Assembly: GCA_963710375.1 (NCBI GenBank)
Contig: CAVPZX010000001.1
Location: 76,210 to 140,209, forward strand
Length of the DNA: 64,000 nucleotides
Direction: 5' to 3'
From: Nitrospirota bacterium
GTDB taxonomy: Bacteria > Nitrospirota > Thermodesulfovibrionia > Thermodesulfovibrionales > Dissulfurispiraceae
Part shown: piece after piece, positions 52,018 to 61,845 of the stretch
Numbering within the stretch: position 1 is the first letter of the stretch
Layout of the letters: each line of letters starts with the position of its first letter
Position numbers and translations under genes: made by a program
The notes under the pieces: generated by a model
Told to the model about the DNA's origin: nothing
What the model saw: the letters and a program-made list of their open reading frames with translations, nothing else
The model's database searches: none

Positions 52018-52920
52018 TTATTTTAAAAAGGTTAGCTGATCTTCACGTGGTATATGTTTGTGAACTTCAATGATTTCATAAGATTTATTTACAAAAGTAT
52101 TAGAGACCTTATCAAAGACACGATTAATACGCAAGTCAACTTCAAGCACATCTCCATTCGCAAATCTTTCTCCTGATAAGCTTTTGTTGATAAAATCGGT
52201 ATCCTTAATTCTTGCAGCAATCTTATTCCCTTTGTAGAAGAATTCCCATTTGTGATTACTATCAAATACGACTTTAAATATATTCAGAGAGGCTTTCTCA
52301 ACTGTTGGTGGCTTTGAATCCTCAATCTCAACAACATCAATAGGCATTATATCCTGATTTTGTCTTGAGGTGAGATTTTTAAACTCATTCCGTGGTACTG
52401 ACATTAAAGGTTTGTTTTCTTTTGACCATAACTCAATCTCATCTATTGAGCGATCTTCATCTAATCTTTCAAACTGCCTTTCAACGGCGTGATTAACTTT
52501 TTCGTTGTTTTTATAAATATTGATTGTTCTGTTATCGACTATAGTTATGTTCCCATTATTCTCCTTAATCTCTATTCCCGCATCTATTTCTTGTCTCTCT
52601 TCTGGAGAGCTACTCTTAAAGTTTAGTTTTAATTTTATCAATTCAATGTAAATTTTAATTATGTCAGGGATGCTAAACGCATGTTCGGCTAAAACTCCTG
52701 CTAACGTAACTTCTACTAAATCAAACGGAATGTCAAAGCTGCCTGCTTCAAAAGGCTTGATTTTTATTTCAATTCCCTTGCCTGTGTGCAATTCTTTGTT
52801 TACTTCTTCTATTATTTCAGTGAAACTTGATAAGGATGCGATAAGGGTCTTAGAATCAACTTCATTTTCTTTGCAACCAAAATGAAATAAATAACTCTCA
52901 GAGTTTTGGAGCTCTTCCAT
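52018..52920 (-). CDS. Hypothetical protein (AT-rich island gene)
   Basis: 300-aa ORF with GAGGAG RBS; GSF motif; beta-rich C-terminus. Confidence 0.7.
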   Translation of the reverse strand: MEELQNSESYLFHFGCKENEVDSKTLIASLSSFTEIIEEVNKELHTGKGIEIKIKPFEAGSFDIPFDLVEVTLAGVLAEHAFSIPDIIKIYIELIKLKLNFKSSSPEERQEIDAGIEIKENNGNITIVDNRTINIYKNNEKVNHAVERQFERLDEDRSIDEIELWSKENKPLMSVPRNEFKNLTSRQNQDIMPIDVVEIEDSKPPTVEKASLNIFKVVFDSNHKWEFFYKGNKIAARIKDTDFINKSLSGERFANGDVLEVDLRINRVFDKVSNTFVNKSYEIIEVHKHIPREDQLTFLK

Positions 52921-53121
52921 TTCTCCTCACATAAACTACTTGATAAATATAACATAAACACAAGATAAAATTGAGATATTTATAAGGATTGCATGAGATA
53001 CGTACAATTCAGTTCCACTTTTAGCGGGTAAAAAAATGAAACGAAAGCTCTCAACCCTATTTATCCAACGAGTTATCGGGATGTATTGTGATCTTCAAAT
53101 CCATTATACTATTGCTCAATA

Positions 53122-56100
53122 ATGCTGAAGGAATACCTGAAGAAGATAGCGGATACAAACAACCGAGGGGATGCACGGGAAGAAAGCTATTACCCGGTCC
53201 TTGCCGATCTCTTTAGCGAGTATTGCGATTCAGTAGGCAAGAAAAAGATTCACGTCACTGTCCTTCCAAAAAAGACAGAGGCTGGGAACCCCGATTTCAG
53301 GATATGGGACGGAAAACAGCATATCACTGGATACATTGAAGCAAAAGACCCCTCTGTTGAAAATCTTGACAGAATAGAAGATACAGAGCAGCTAAAAAGA
53401 TACCTGCATACCTTCCCTAATCTGATACTTACCAATTTCCTTGAGTTCAGGCTTTACCGCAACGGGGTAATGACGGATAAAGTGTTAATCGCCAGGCCCT
53501 ATTGGTTAAGCAAAGTAAAGACCACTCCACCCGTTGAAAAAGAGTCTGAATTTTTAGAGCTAATGGAAAAGTTTTTTTCCTTCTCGATACCTAAAGTTTA
53601 TGATGCAAAGACCCTTGCAATAGAGCTTGCCAAAAGGACACGGTTTTTAAAAGATGAAGTTATAGCACAGGAGTTAAGGGAAGAGGAAACGGCAGGGAAG
53701 GGCTTTATCGGAGGATTCTATGAGGCATTCAAGGAATACCTGATTAGCAGTCTTACAGAGAATGAATTTTCAGACCTGTATTCACAGACAATCACTTATG
53801 GACTGTTTGCGGCCCGTACCCGTTCAGAGAATGGTTTTAACAGAAAACTTGCCTATGACAATATCCCGCAGACAATCGGCATTCTGAGAGACGTATTTCA
53901 GTTTGTTTCTTTAGGCTCCCTCCCTCAACAGATGGAATGGATTATTGATGATATTTCCGAAATCCTGTCAGTCGCGGATATTAAAAAAATTCTTCATCAA
54001 TACTTCCATGAGGGTAAAGGCAAAGACCCTATCATACATTTCTATGAGACATTCCTTGCAGAGTATGACCCAAAAACAAGGACGATGAGGGGCGTATATT
54101 ACACGCCTGAACCTGTGGTTTCCTATATTGTCCGTTCATTGCACATCATCCTGCAAGAGCAGTTTAATAAACCTGATGGATTTGCAGATAAGAATGTGAC
54201 GGTATTAGACCCGGCAGCAGGAACGCTTACCTTTTTAGCAGAGACGGCAAAACTTGCCGTTGATGAGTTTGTTTCTAAGTACGGAGAGGGAGGCAGAAAA
54301 AACTTTATCAAAGATCATATTCTGAAAAACTTCTATGCTTTTGAATTAATGATGGCCCCTTATGCTATAGGGCATTTAAAAATGTCCTTCCTGCTTGAAG
54401 AATTAGGATTCAGGTTACAGGAGGATGACAGGGTAAAGCTTTATTTGACTAATACCCTTGAGATGGAAGAGCTACATGAAACAAAACTCCCTGGAATGGC
54501 TTCCCTGTCTGAAGAATCACACCTGGCAGGAAAGGTTAAGAAAGAACAGCCGATATTGGTAATTTTAGGAAACCCTCCTTATTCTAAGAGTTCTGCAAAC
54601 AAGTCTGATTTTATAGAACATGAAATGAATGCATATAAAGAAGATGTCCGAACTGAAAGAAATATACAACCTCTTTCAGATGATTACATCAAGTTTATCC
54701 GGTTTGCACATTGGAAGATTGACCGTGACGGGAAAGGTATTATCGGGCTGATAACCAATAATTCATACCTTTCAGGAATTATTCACAGGGGAATGAGAAA
54801 GAAATTGCTTGATAGCTTTAATGAGATATATATTTTGAACCTTCACGGGAACAGCCGAATTGGTGAAAAAGCACCTGATGGAAGTAAGGATGAGAATGTA
54901 TTTGATATTCAGCAAGGCGTTGCCATTGCTTTACTCATAAAGAGTAACAAACATAAACAAAATGGAGTGGGTAAAGTTTTATATCAGGATATTTATGGTT
55001 TGAGGGAATTTAAATATAACTTTTTAGGCATCAATGACATACAAAAGACAGAATGGAAAGAATTAAATCCGAGTGAACCTTATTACTTTTTTGTTGAAAA
55101 GGATTTTTCATTACAAACAAGCTATGACAAATTCTTTTTCATTCTTGATATTTTTGATAAATATTCAAGTGGAGTAAAAACTAACCGTGACCATTTTTTA
55201 ACCGATTTCGATTTGAAAGCTTTGGAAAGACGAATTCAAACAATGAGAGATAATCAGTTAGATGATGAATTGTTCAGAAAAGCCTACAACCTGAAAGACG
55301 GGGACTATTGGAATACTACCCGTGAAAGAGAAAAAGTTCGGAATAATGATAACTGGAGAAATCAATTTTTCAGATTGTCATACAGACCTTTTGATATACG
55401 ATGGATATATTATCAACCTAATTTGATTGAAATAGGCCGAGGTGGTGCAAGCAAAGAATTAATGCGTCATTTTTTCAGTGATAACTTAGGATTTATTATT
55501 GACCGTACTACCTCTAATAATATCCTTTTTTCCCATATTTTTATTTCAGACACCTTGATGGATGTTAGAGCACTTCCTGATTATGGTGGTGCTCCATTTC
55601 TTGTTCCCCTCTATCTTCACTCTTCAAAAGAAAAGAAAGGCTTGTTTCATGCAGAGGGAGAGACAAAAGAGTCGAACATAAAACCTGAAATATTCAAAAC
55701 CTTATCGAAAACATACAAGAAAGATGTATCCTCCGAAGAAATATTCTATTGCATTTATGCTGTACTTTATTCAGAGACCTACAGGACAAAATATGCAGAG
55801 TTTCTGAAGATAGATTTTCCGAGAGTGCCGTTTACCAAGGACTATAAGCTGTTCCAGAAAATGTCTGAATACGGATACAGACTTGTTAACCTTCATCTGC
55901 TAAAATCACAGGAGCTTGATCCACCGATAGCACGGTTTCAGGGCAATGGAGATAACAGGGTAGAGAAACCGAAGTATGAGGAGAAGGGGGAGCTTGTCTA
56001 TATCAACAAAGCTCAATACTTTGAGGGAATTTCGGAAGAAATATGGCGCTATCAGATCGGTGGGTATCAGGTATGCGATAAATGGCTGAAGGACAGAAAA

Positions 56101-56229
56101 GATCGGATTCTATCCCTTGATGAGATACAGACCTATTGCCGGATCGTTACAGCAATTCAAAAAACCATAGATATACAGACTGCGATTGATGAGGTTTATG
56201 AAGAAATAGAAAAAACGGTCATTACATAA
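53122..56229 (+). CDS. Single-polypeptide restriction-modification enzyme (Type IIG / Type ISP-like without helicase)
   Basis: PDF...YIEAK (PD-D/ExK), GVYYTP, LDPAAGT (motif I), GNPPY (motif IV), YRPFD and Y.IGGYQV..KWLKDR (LlaBIII-like C-terminus). Confidence 0.88.
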   Translation: MLKEYLKKIADTNNRGDAREESYYPVLADLFSEYCDSVGKKKIHVTVLPKKTEAGNPDFRIWDGKQHITGYIEAKDPSVENLDRIEDTEQLKRYLHTFPNLILTNFLEFRLYRNGVMTDKVLIARPYWLSKVKTTPPVEKESEFLELMEKFFSFSIPKVYDAKTLAIELAKRTRFLKDEVIAQELREEETAGKGFIGGFYEAFKEYLISSLTENEFSDLYSQTITYGLFAARTRSENGFNRKLAYDNIPQTIGILRDVFQFVSLGSLPQQMEWIIDDISEILSVADIKKILHQYFHEGKGKDPIIHFYETFLAEYDPKTRTMRGVYYTPEPVVSYIVRSLHIILQEQFNKPDGFADKNVTVLDPAAGTLTFLAETAKLAVDEFVSKYGEGGRKNFIKDHILKNFYAFELMMAPYAIGHLKMSFLLEELGFRLQEDDRVKLYLTNTLEMEELHETKLPGMASLSEESHLAGKVKKEQPILVILGNPPYSKSSANKSDFIEHEMNAYKEDVRTERNIQPLSDDYIKFIRFAHWKIDRDGKGIIGLITNNSYLSGIIHRGMRKKLLDSFNEIYILNLHGNSRIGEKAPDGSKDENVFDIQQGVAIALLIKSNKHKQNGVGKVLYQDIYGLREFKYNFLGINDIQKTEWKELNPSEPYYFFVEKDFSLQTSYDKFFFILDIFDKYSSGVKTNRDHFLTDFDLKALERRIQTMRDNQLDDELFRKAYNLKDGDYWNTTREREKVRNNDNWRNQFFRLSYRPFDIRWIYYQPNLIEIGRGGASKELMRHFFSDNLGFIIDRTTSNNILFSHIFISDTLMDVRALPDYGGAPFLVPLYLHSSKEKKGLFHAEGETKESNIKPEIFKTLSKTYKKDVSSEEIFYCIYAVLYSETYRTKYAEFLKIDFPRVPFTKDYKLFQKMSEYGYRLVNLHLLKSQELDPPIARFQGNGDNRVEKPKYEEKGELVYINKAQYFEGISEEIWRYQIGGYQVCDKWLKDRKDRILSLDEIQTYCRIVTAIQKTIDIQTAIDEVYEEIEKTVIT

Positions 56230-56374
56230 CATGAGAGGTCAATGGGTCAGGTCTTTGGGCTTGAATGAAAGTGCGCCAGCTGGCATGGGTATATGTCCTG
56301 ATACCGCATAATGCCGTGCAGGTCAATATGAGCTTTGAGCATTTTGTGAATATGTATGAGCAAAAAGAATAGCA

Positions 56375-57244
56375 ATGGAAATATCGAAGCTTGACGAAAT
56401 AAGAAAGCTTGGGATTATAGCTATGTTCTCTGACGACGAGCTTATGGAAATGCTTGTCCTAAAGGGTGGAAATGCCATGGCTTTATTCTATAGTGAATAT
56501 TCCCGTGCCTCGATTGACCTTGATTTCTCACTATGTGATGACTTTGATAAAGGAAACTTTCAATTAATCGAGGCAAAAATAGGAAAGTCTTTGGAAAGCA
56601 CCTTTCAAGAGCATGGGTATCTGGTCTTCGATTTCAAGTTCTACGAGAAGCCAAAAATAAGGAAGGATGGTCTGGAAGATTTTTGGGGAGGCTATAGAGT
56701 TGAATTTAAATTAATTCAAAAAGAACGCCTTAAAGATTTCAACGGTGATGTTGAGAAGATGAGAAAAAGCGCCATAGCTTTAGGAAGTGGAGAAAAGAAA
56801 GCATTTATAATCGACATCAGCAAGTATGAGTTTTGCCGCTCTAAAGCGGAAAAAGAACTTGATGGTTTTACGATTTATGTGTATACGCCGGAGATGATAG
56901 TAATCGAAAAGATTCGGGCTATTTGTCAGCAAATGCCTGAATATCCATACGGAACAAAAAGCGCCCGTGCAAGGGACTTTTTTGATATTTTCATTTTAAT
57001 GGAGACTCTTAACATTGACTTGATGAAAGAGGAGAACCTTGAGCTATTCAGGCTTATATTCAAAGCAAAAAAGGTTCCATTGGAATTTATACGGAAAATT
57101 CCGGAGAGCAGAGAATTCCATGAGAGAGATTTTATCTCTGTTGCCGCCACAGTTCAGACGGGCTTTGAGTTGAAGGAGTTTGATTATTACTTCGATTACG
57201 TTGTTCGGAAGACTGCCGGGCTAAAAATTCTTTGGGAAGTATAA
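56375..57244 (+). CDS. abiEii: AbiEii/AbiGii nucleotidyltransferase toxin
   Basis: LKGGNA, R.SIDLDF, EKIRA, RARDFFDI. Confidence 0.88.
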   Translation: MEISKLDEIRKLGIIAMFSDDELMEMLVLKGGNAMALFYSEYSRASIDLDFSLCDDFDKGNFQLIEAKIGKSLESTFQEHGYLVFDFKFYEKPKIRKDGLEDFWGGYRVEFKLIQKERLKDFNGDVEKMRKSAIALGSGEKKAFIIDISKYEFCRSKAEKELDGFTIYVYTPEMIVIEKIRAICQQMPEYPYGTKSARARDFFDIFILMETLNIDLMKEENLELFRLIFKAKKVPLEFIRKIPESREFHERDFISVAATVQTGFELKEFDYYFDYVVRKTAGLKILWEV

Positions 57245-58105
57245 CCGCCACTCTTTGGAATAGCCGGTTTCTTTCATGCCATAATCTAAATAGAAGTCAT
57301 ATTTCATTTCTATCTTTCTCACAAGGTGCAACTGGGTCTCCTTGTATCCGGCACGCTCCATATAAAAACCGATGACCTGGTGATAAGGGTATACATAATC
57401 AATCTTTTTTAACATCACCAGGAGCTTGTTAACTGAGAACTTCCCCTTAGCTTCTTTAAAGGCATTGAGAACTTCATAAATGCCTCCGGCATAAATAGGT
57501 CTGACGGCTATGTCTATTAAAGTCCGTTCTATATTTGTTACAGGGACCTTCTCGGTTTCGGATACTTGAAGTTCTTCCACCCCAAGATTACTTGTATTCT
57601 TTCCGCTAATACAACAAATCTTCCATTTATCATAATTAAAAACGTACTGCGAGACCCGGCCTTTTCCCTTAAATGCTAAATTGATCCTGCTTTGTTCTAA
57701 AGTCATGGGTCTTGAAGGCTTTTTACTTTGTTCGGTATTGAGATAAATTGTTGTTGGAATTTGCTGAGTCAGATTCTGAAGGAACATTGCTGTGTAATGT
57801 GACAAGTAAGAATTTGGTTTTATCGAAAGCGCTACCTGATAGCCTGACGGATTGGCCCCCCATGTATAGCGTGAAAGGGTTTTATCGTAATTTGGCGAAA
57901 AAAGGTCAATTTCCTTAAGGTGAGCTGTCTCGCGTAAGAGTTCTATGAATTTGTCAGTTGATATGCTCTTGGTTAATCTCCAACCCTTTTGGTTCTCTTC
58001 AAGAATCTTCCCTAAATCTTTTCTTAAAAAAACTTTATGGGATATCTTCTCGAAGTATGCATCGATGTCGGGTTTTGCAATTTTAATTCTGGCTAAGTTA
58101 TCCAT
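57221..58105 (-). CDS. AbiEi-like type IV antitoxin
   Basis: SYLSHYTAM..NLT.QIP, VTNIERTLID..RP.YAGG..EV. Confidence 0.8.
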   Translation of the reverse strand: MDNLARIKIAKPDIDAYFEKISHKVFLRKDLGKILEENQKGWRLTKSISTDKFIELLRETAHLKEIDLFSPNYDKTLSRYTWGANPSGYQVALSIKPNSYLSHYTAMFLQNLTQQIPTTIYLNTEQSKKPSRPMTLEQSRINLAFKGKGRVSQYVFNYDKWKICCISGKNTSNLGVEELQVSETEKVPVTNIERTLIDIAVRPIYAGGIYEVLNAFKEAKGKFSVNKLLVMLKKIDYVYPYHQVIGFYMERAGYKETQLHLVRKIEMKYDFYLDYGMKETGYSKEWRLYFPKNF

Positions 58106-58135
58106 TGATATTCCTTTATCTTTCTTACTGGTCCC

Positions 58136-58349
58136 ATTATAGACAGGATAGATTACCTATTTCAAGTAAAATGGTATATATACCTATTATCACAGAGTTG
58201 CAGCAATCGGAACAGTGACTCATAATAAGGTATATATACCTTATTATATAACCAATAGAATGTCCGATAAGTACAATAAGTCATTGTATCTAAAAGAAAC
58301 GGTAAGTCTTGAAAGGCTACTAATAGAAGGTATATATACCTTCTATTAG
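58136..58349 (-). promoter_or_regulatory. AbiEi promoter with three GGTATATATACC palindromic operators
   Basis: TTGAAA-N18-TATAAT on the minus strand (58165-58136); palindromes at 58173-58184, 58222-58247 and 58320-58349. Confidence 0.7.
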
Positions 58350-58638
58350 CCATACACTCAGGATAAAAACAACAGTATCAATACCACATCTCGGAAAATC
58401 CCTTTTTCGCACTCTCCGGTAGACGCTAACAAAAGTCACGCCATCGTTACCCTCTGTCATGCCTTTTGACGCATCGATATTTTATTAACTTCCCTCTCAT
58501 TCGCTTAAAGCGCCTACGGCTGGTCATTCGCTGTCAACTCTCAAGGGAATCCTTGAGGCTTCCCCGCTGTCAGGGGTGCTTGCAATTTGTGAAAGCACCC
58601 CCGCCACCGGGGGAATGATTGAGAGGAGGACACACAAA

Positions 58639-59055
58639 ATGATAGTCAAGGAAAACACAAGGCAGAGCGTGAGCAGTGCTTTTGAAGTATCCAAGGTTTT
58701 ATCTGCGATCCTTGAGACGGAGAGCGAATTAGACAGGGATAAGGAGCACCTCTGGATAGTCGGACTAAATGCTAAGAACGTGATCAAGTTTATTGACCTC
58801 GCTTCTTTGGGGACTCTCACTAATTCACTTGTACACCCGCGAGAGGTTTTCAGATTAGCTGTTAATCGGGGCGTTGCAAGCATCATTGCAGGCCATAACC
58901 ACCCGAGCGGCGACCCGGCCCCGAGCCGTGACGACATCGCAGTAACAGAGCGCCTCAAAAAAGCCGGTGAGATATTAGGTATTGCAGTGCTGGACCATGT
59001 GATTATCGGCAACGACGGACAATATGCCAGCCTGAAAGAAAAAGGGATTTTGTGA
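58639..59055 (+). CDS. radC: Stand-alone JAB-domain RadC
   Basis: GTLTNSLVHPREVF, HNHPSGD..PS..D, LDHVIIG; AGGAGG RBS. Confidence 0.92.
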   Translation: MIVKENTRQSVSSAFEVSKVLSAILETESELDRDKEHLWIVGLNAKNVIKFIDLASLGTLTNSLVHPREVFRLAVNRGVASIIAGHNHPSGDPAPSRDDIAVTERLKKAGEILGIAVLDHVIIGNDGQYASLKEKGIL

Positions 59056-59158
59056 ATATGAGAGCATTGTCATAAACAGTCCATGCAAGAGAGGGGATAT
59101 TGCTCCCCTCTCAATTTTTCGGGGGATTTATCCCCCGGCCCCCTTACATCGGATATTC

Positions 59159-59193
59159 TTGACAAACGTTGCAATTTCGTACCATAATGGTAC
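59159..59193 (+). promoter_or_regulatory. mqsRA promoter with palindromic operator
   Basis: TTGACA-N18-CATAAT; GTACCAT-A-ATGGTAC dyad over the -10 box. Confidence 0.7.
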
Positions 59194-59291
59194 TAAAGAG
59201 TGCTACAAATCCCCAAAAATGATGAGGGGACATCTTTCTTCAGAGGAGGAACTGAGGCCAAGATGCTAATACTTATGCTAAAATTCAGATT

Positions 59292-59618
59292 ATGGAAAAG
59301 AGAAAGCCCCATTGCGATCTTAAGACACTTAAGAAATTTTTTAATAGTGAAACAACTAGAATAATAACACAAGTGGCACGGCAGGGTGCCGCAACTTTGG
59401 GCTATATGGACGATGCAGCTATAGCTGAAGTGATTGAAAGACTGTGTTCTCAACACTTTTATAAATCTATGACGATGCATAAAAACAATAAAATATGGCA
59501 GGACGTGTACAAATGCAAGGACGACGAGAATAAGCTATACATTAAACTTCAATTATCTGTAAATGAAAAACAAACGATACTCATCCAATTTAAGCAAGAT
59601 GAGGAAGGAGATAAATAA
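59292..59618 (+). CDS. mqsR: MqsR-family mRNA interferase toxin
   Basis: MEKRKPH..L, FYKSMT....WQDVY, LYIKLQ, QFK. Confidence 0.92.
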   Translation: MEKRKPHCDLKTLKKFFNSETTRIITQVARQGAATLGYMDDAAIAEVIERLCSQHFYKSMTMHKNNKIWQDVYKCKDDENKLYIKLQLSVNEKQTILIQFKQDEEGDK

Positions 59619-59619
59619 A

Positions 59620-60165
59620 ATGAAAGCTCAAGAATGCCCTATCTGCGGTGTCGGGACATTAAAAAAACAGGTTGGTAACGAAACCTTTCAGTATAAGGGC
59701 GAAACCATAATTGTGCCTAATTATGTCACATATGAGTGCGGTGAATGCGGAGAAGCTATCGTTGATAAAGTAACCCTGAAGGAATCAGGAAGAATTCTGA
59801 AAGATTTTCAGCGCAAAGTTGATGGCTTATTGACTGGAGAAGAGATAAAAAGAATCCGGAAAAAGCTTGTTCGTACACAGGAAGAAATGGCAGAAATTTT
59901 AGGAGGTGGGACTAAGGGCTTTGCTAAATATGAATCTGGACAGGTTTGCCAAAGCAGAGGAATGGATAATCTTCTGCGAATTCTTGATGTTTATCCTTTT
60001 GCGTTGAATGTCATAAAAAGGGATAGTAAAGCCGGAATATCGTTACAAAAGGAGGATAAAGTTGTTTACTTTGAAAAATACAAAGAGAATAGATATAAAC
60101 TTAAGAGCAAAACTATGAGCGATGATTTTGCTGTTAGATCGGAGGGAATCGAGCATGGAACTTAG
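59620..60165 (+). CDS. mqsA: MqsA antitoxin with a ChAD-like C-terminal extension
   Basis: CPICG..CGECGE Zn finger, Xre HTH (TQEEMAEILGGG..GFAKYESG), ~45-aa extra tail. Confidence 0.9.
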   Translation: MKAQECPICGVGTLKKQVGNETFQYKGETIIVPNYVTYECGECGEAIVDKVTLKESGRILKDFQRKVDGLLTGEEIKRIRKKLVRTQEEMAEILGGGTKGFAKYESGQVCQSRGMDNLLRILDVYPFALNVIKRDSKAGISLQKEDKVVYFEKYKENRYKLKSKTMSDDFAVRSEGIEHGT

Positions 60166-60601
60166 GTTTTCAATTATTGATATAAAGCAGGTCGAATCTC
60201 ATTTTACTTTGAATACGGATTTTAAGCCTACGAAAGATGAGGGGATAGAAATATCGTATGGCACCGTCATATCTTACGAAAAGAAAGATAAATTAGTGAG
60301 CGTGGCGCTCTCGATTATTTCAGATAATAAGAAACAGCCCTTTATATTTACTATTAGAACAGTGGGTTTGTTTAACTTTCCACAGATTCCAGCGTCAAAA
60401 GAGCTTGACAGGATTGTGAACATTAACTGCGGGTCGATTATCTTCCCCTATATAAGAGAATCAATAGCTGACCTGACCAGAAGAGCTGGATTCCCTCCAT
60501 TACACATTAATCCTATAAATTTTATCGCCTTGTATGAAGAAAAACAAAAAAAACAATCAAACATCCCACCTGCAAAGAGTAGGAAGGCCTCGAAATCATG
60601 A
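60155..60601 (+). CDS. SecB-like chaperone of a TAC system
   Basis: G.F..., NCGSIIFPYIRESIADLTRRAGFPPL.I.PINF; overlaps the mqsA end. Confidence 0.9.
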   Translation: MELRFSIIDIKQVESHFTLNTDFKPTKDEGIEISYGTVISYEKKDKLVSVALSIISDNKKQPFIFTIRTVGLFNFPQIPASKELDRIVNINCGSIIFPYIRESIADLTRRAGFPPLHINPINFIALYEEKQKKQSNIPPAKSRKASKS

Positions 60602-60650
60602 TGACTATATATATTTCAGAACTGGGTTTGAGGAGTAACAAGAATAAGTA

Positions 60651-61785
60651 ATGTTCAACCCGGATCAGCCTGTAAAGACTCACAAGGACGATTTATTAGG
60701 TAGGGCCTCATTCGCTAAATCCCTTGGTAATGTAATCCTCAAATACAAAGAGAAAGACAGCCTTGTCATCGCCCTTTTTGGTGAATGGGGCTCTGGGAAG
60801 ACCTCCATTATCAATATGGCTATGGAAGAGATCAACAGGATTTCTTCTGATGATACGAGCACTAGACCAATCATTTTTAAATTCAATCCTTGGATTTTCT
60901 CTGATCAGCAGCAGCTAATAGGTCAGTTCTTTAAGCAGCTTTCCGCCATTTTGAAGCGCACGGACTATGCAGGAGATGCTAAGAAGGCCGGGGAGAAATT
61001 AGATGCCTATGCCAGGTTTTTCGAACCGCTATCACTAATACCTGCTATCGGACCTGTTGCCTTTATTCTCTCAAAAATATTCAGGGATGTTGGGAATGCT
61101 GCAAAAGGCTGGGGAAAAATGAAAGATGCTGATCTTGACGGCACAAAGAAGGCATTGAACGACATACTGTTTAAAATGCAAAGAAAGATTATTGTGGTGA
61201 TAGATGACATAGACCGTCTTAACAATAACGAGATCAGGCAAATATTTCAGCTGGTCAAGTCGTTAGGCGACTTCTCTAATACCGTCTATTTGCTGGCATT
61301 TGATAAGCAGGTCGTGATTAATGCGCTGTCCAAGGTTCAGGAGGGCTCCGGGGCTGATTATCTCGAAAAGGTTGTGCAGGTTCCTTTCGAGATTCCTCTT
61401 ATTTCAAAGCAAGAAGTTGAGCAGCTCTTGTTGAGCCAACTGGATACCCTGATTAAAAATATTCCGGAATCCCGCTGGGATCAAACTTACTGGGGGAATA
61501 TATATCACAGTGGACTTAGGCATTTTTTTGAGAATATACGTGACGTGACTCGTTATATAAATTCATTGAGATTTAGCCTCGAAATAGTGAAGGATGTGGT
61601 GAACCCAATCGATCTTCTTGCAATAACAGGTCTCCAAGTCTTCATTCCAGATATTTATTACGGGATACGAGATAACAAGGATATTTTTACGGGTTCGGTT
61701 GATTCTTCTTACGACAGCCGGGATTCAGCAAAAGAACAGGCAAGAAAGCGCTGTGATGAAATACTGTCAAGAGCTGTCGAATATT
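60651..61785 (+). pseudogene. KAP family P-loop NTPase truncated by IS21
   Basis: DLLGR, GEWGSGKTS, FNPW, IDDIDR, YLEKVVQ; the frame stops at 61808, inside the IS end. Confidence 0.88.
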
Positions 61786-61845
61786 TGTTAATCGGCGTCG
61801 AAAATTGACCCACCATCGGCGTCCAAAATTGACCCACCCCAGCGG

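Noticed and set aside
58222..58349. Protelomerase target or dif site
   Set aside because: No protelomerase in the window, several copies rather than one, and no XerC/XerD arm consensus.
61790..61840. CRISPR-like or iteron repeats
   Set aside because: These are the tandem transposase-binding repeats of the IS21 end. No CRISPR array was seen anywhere in the window.
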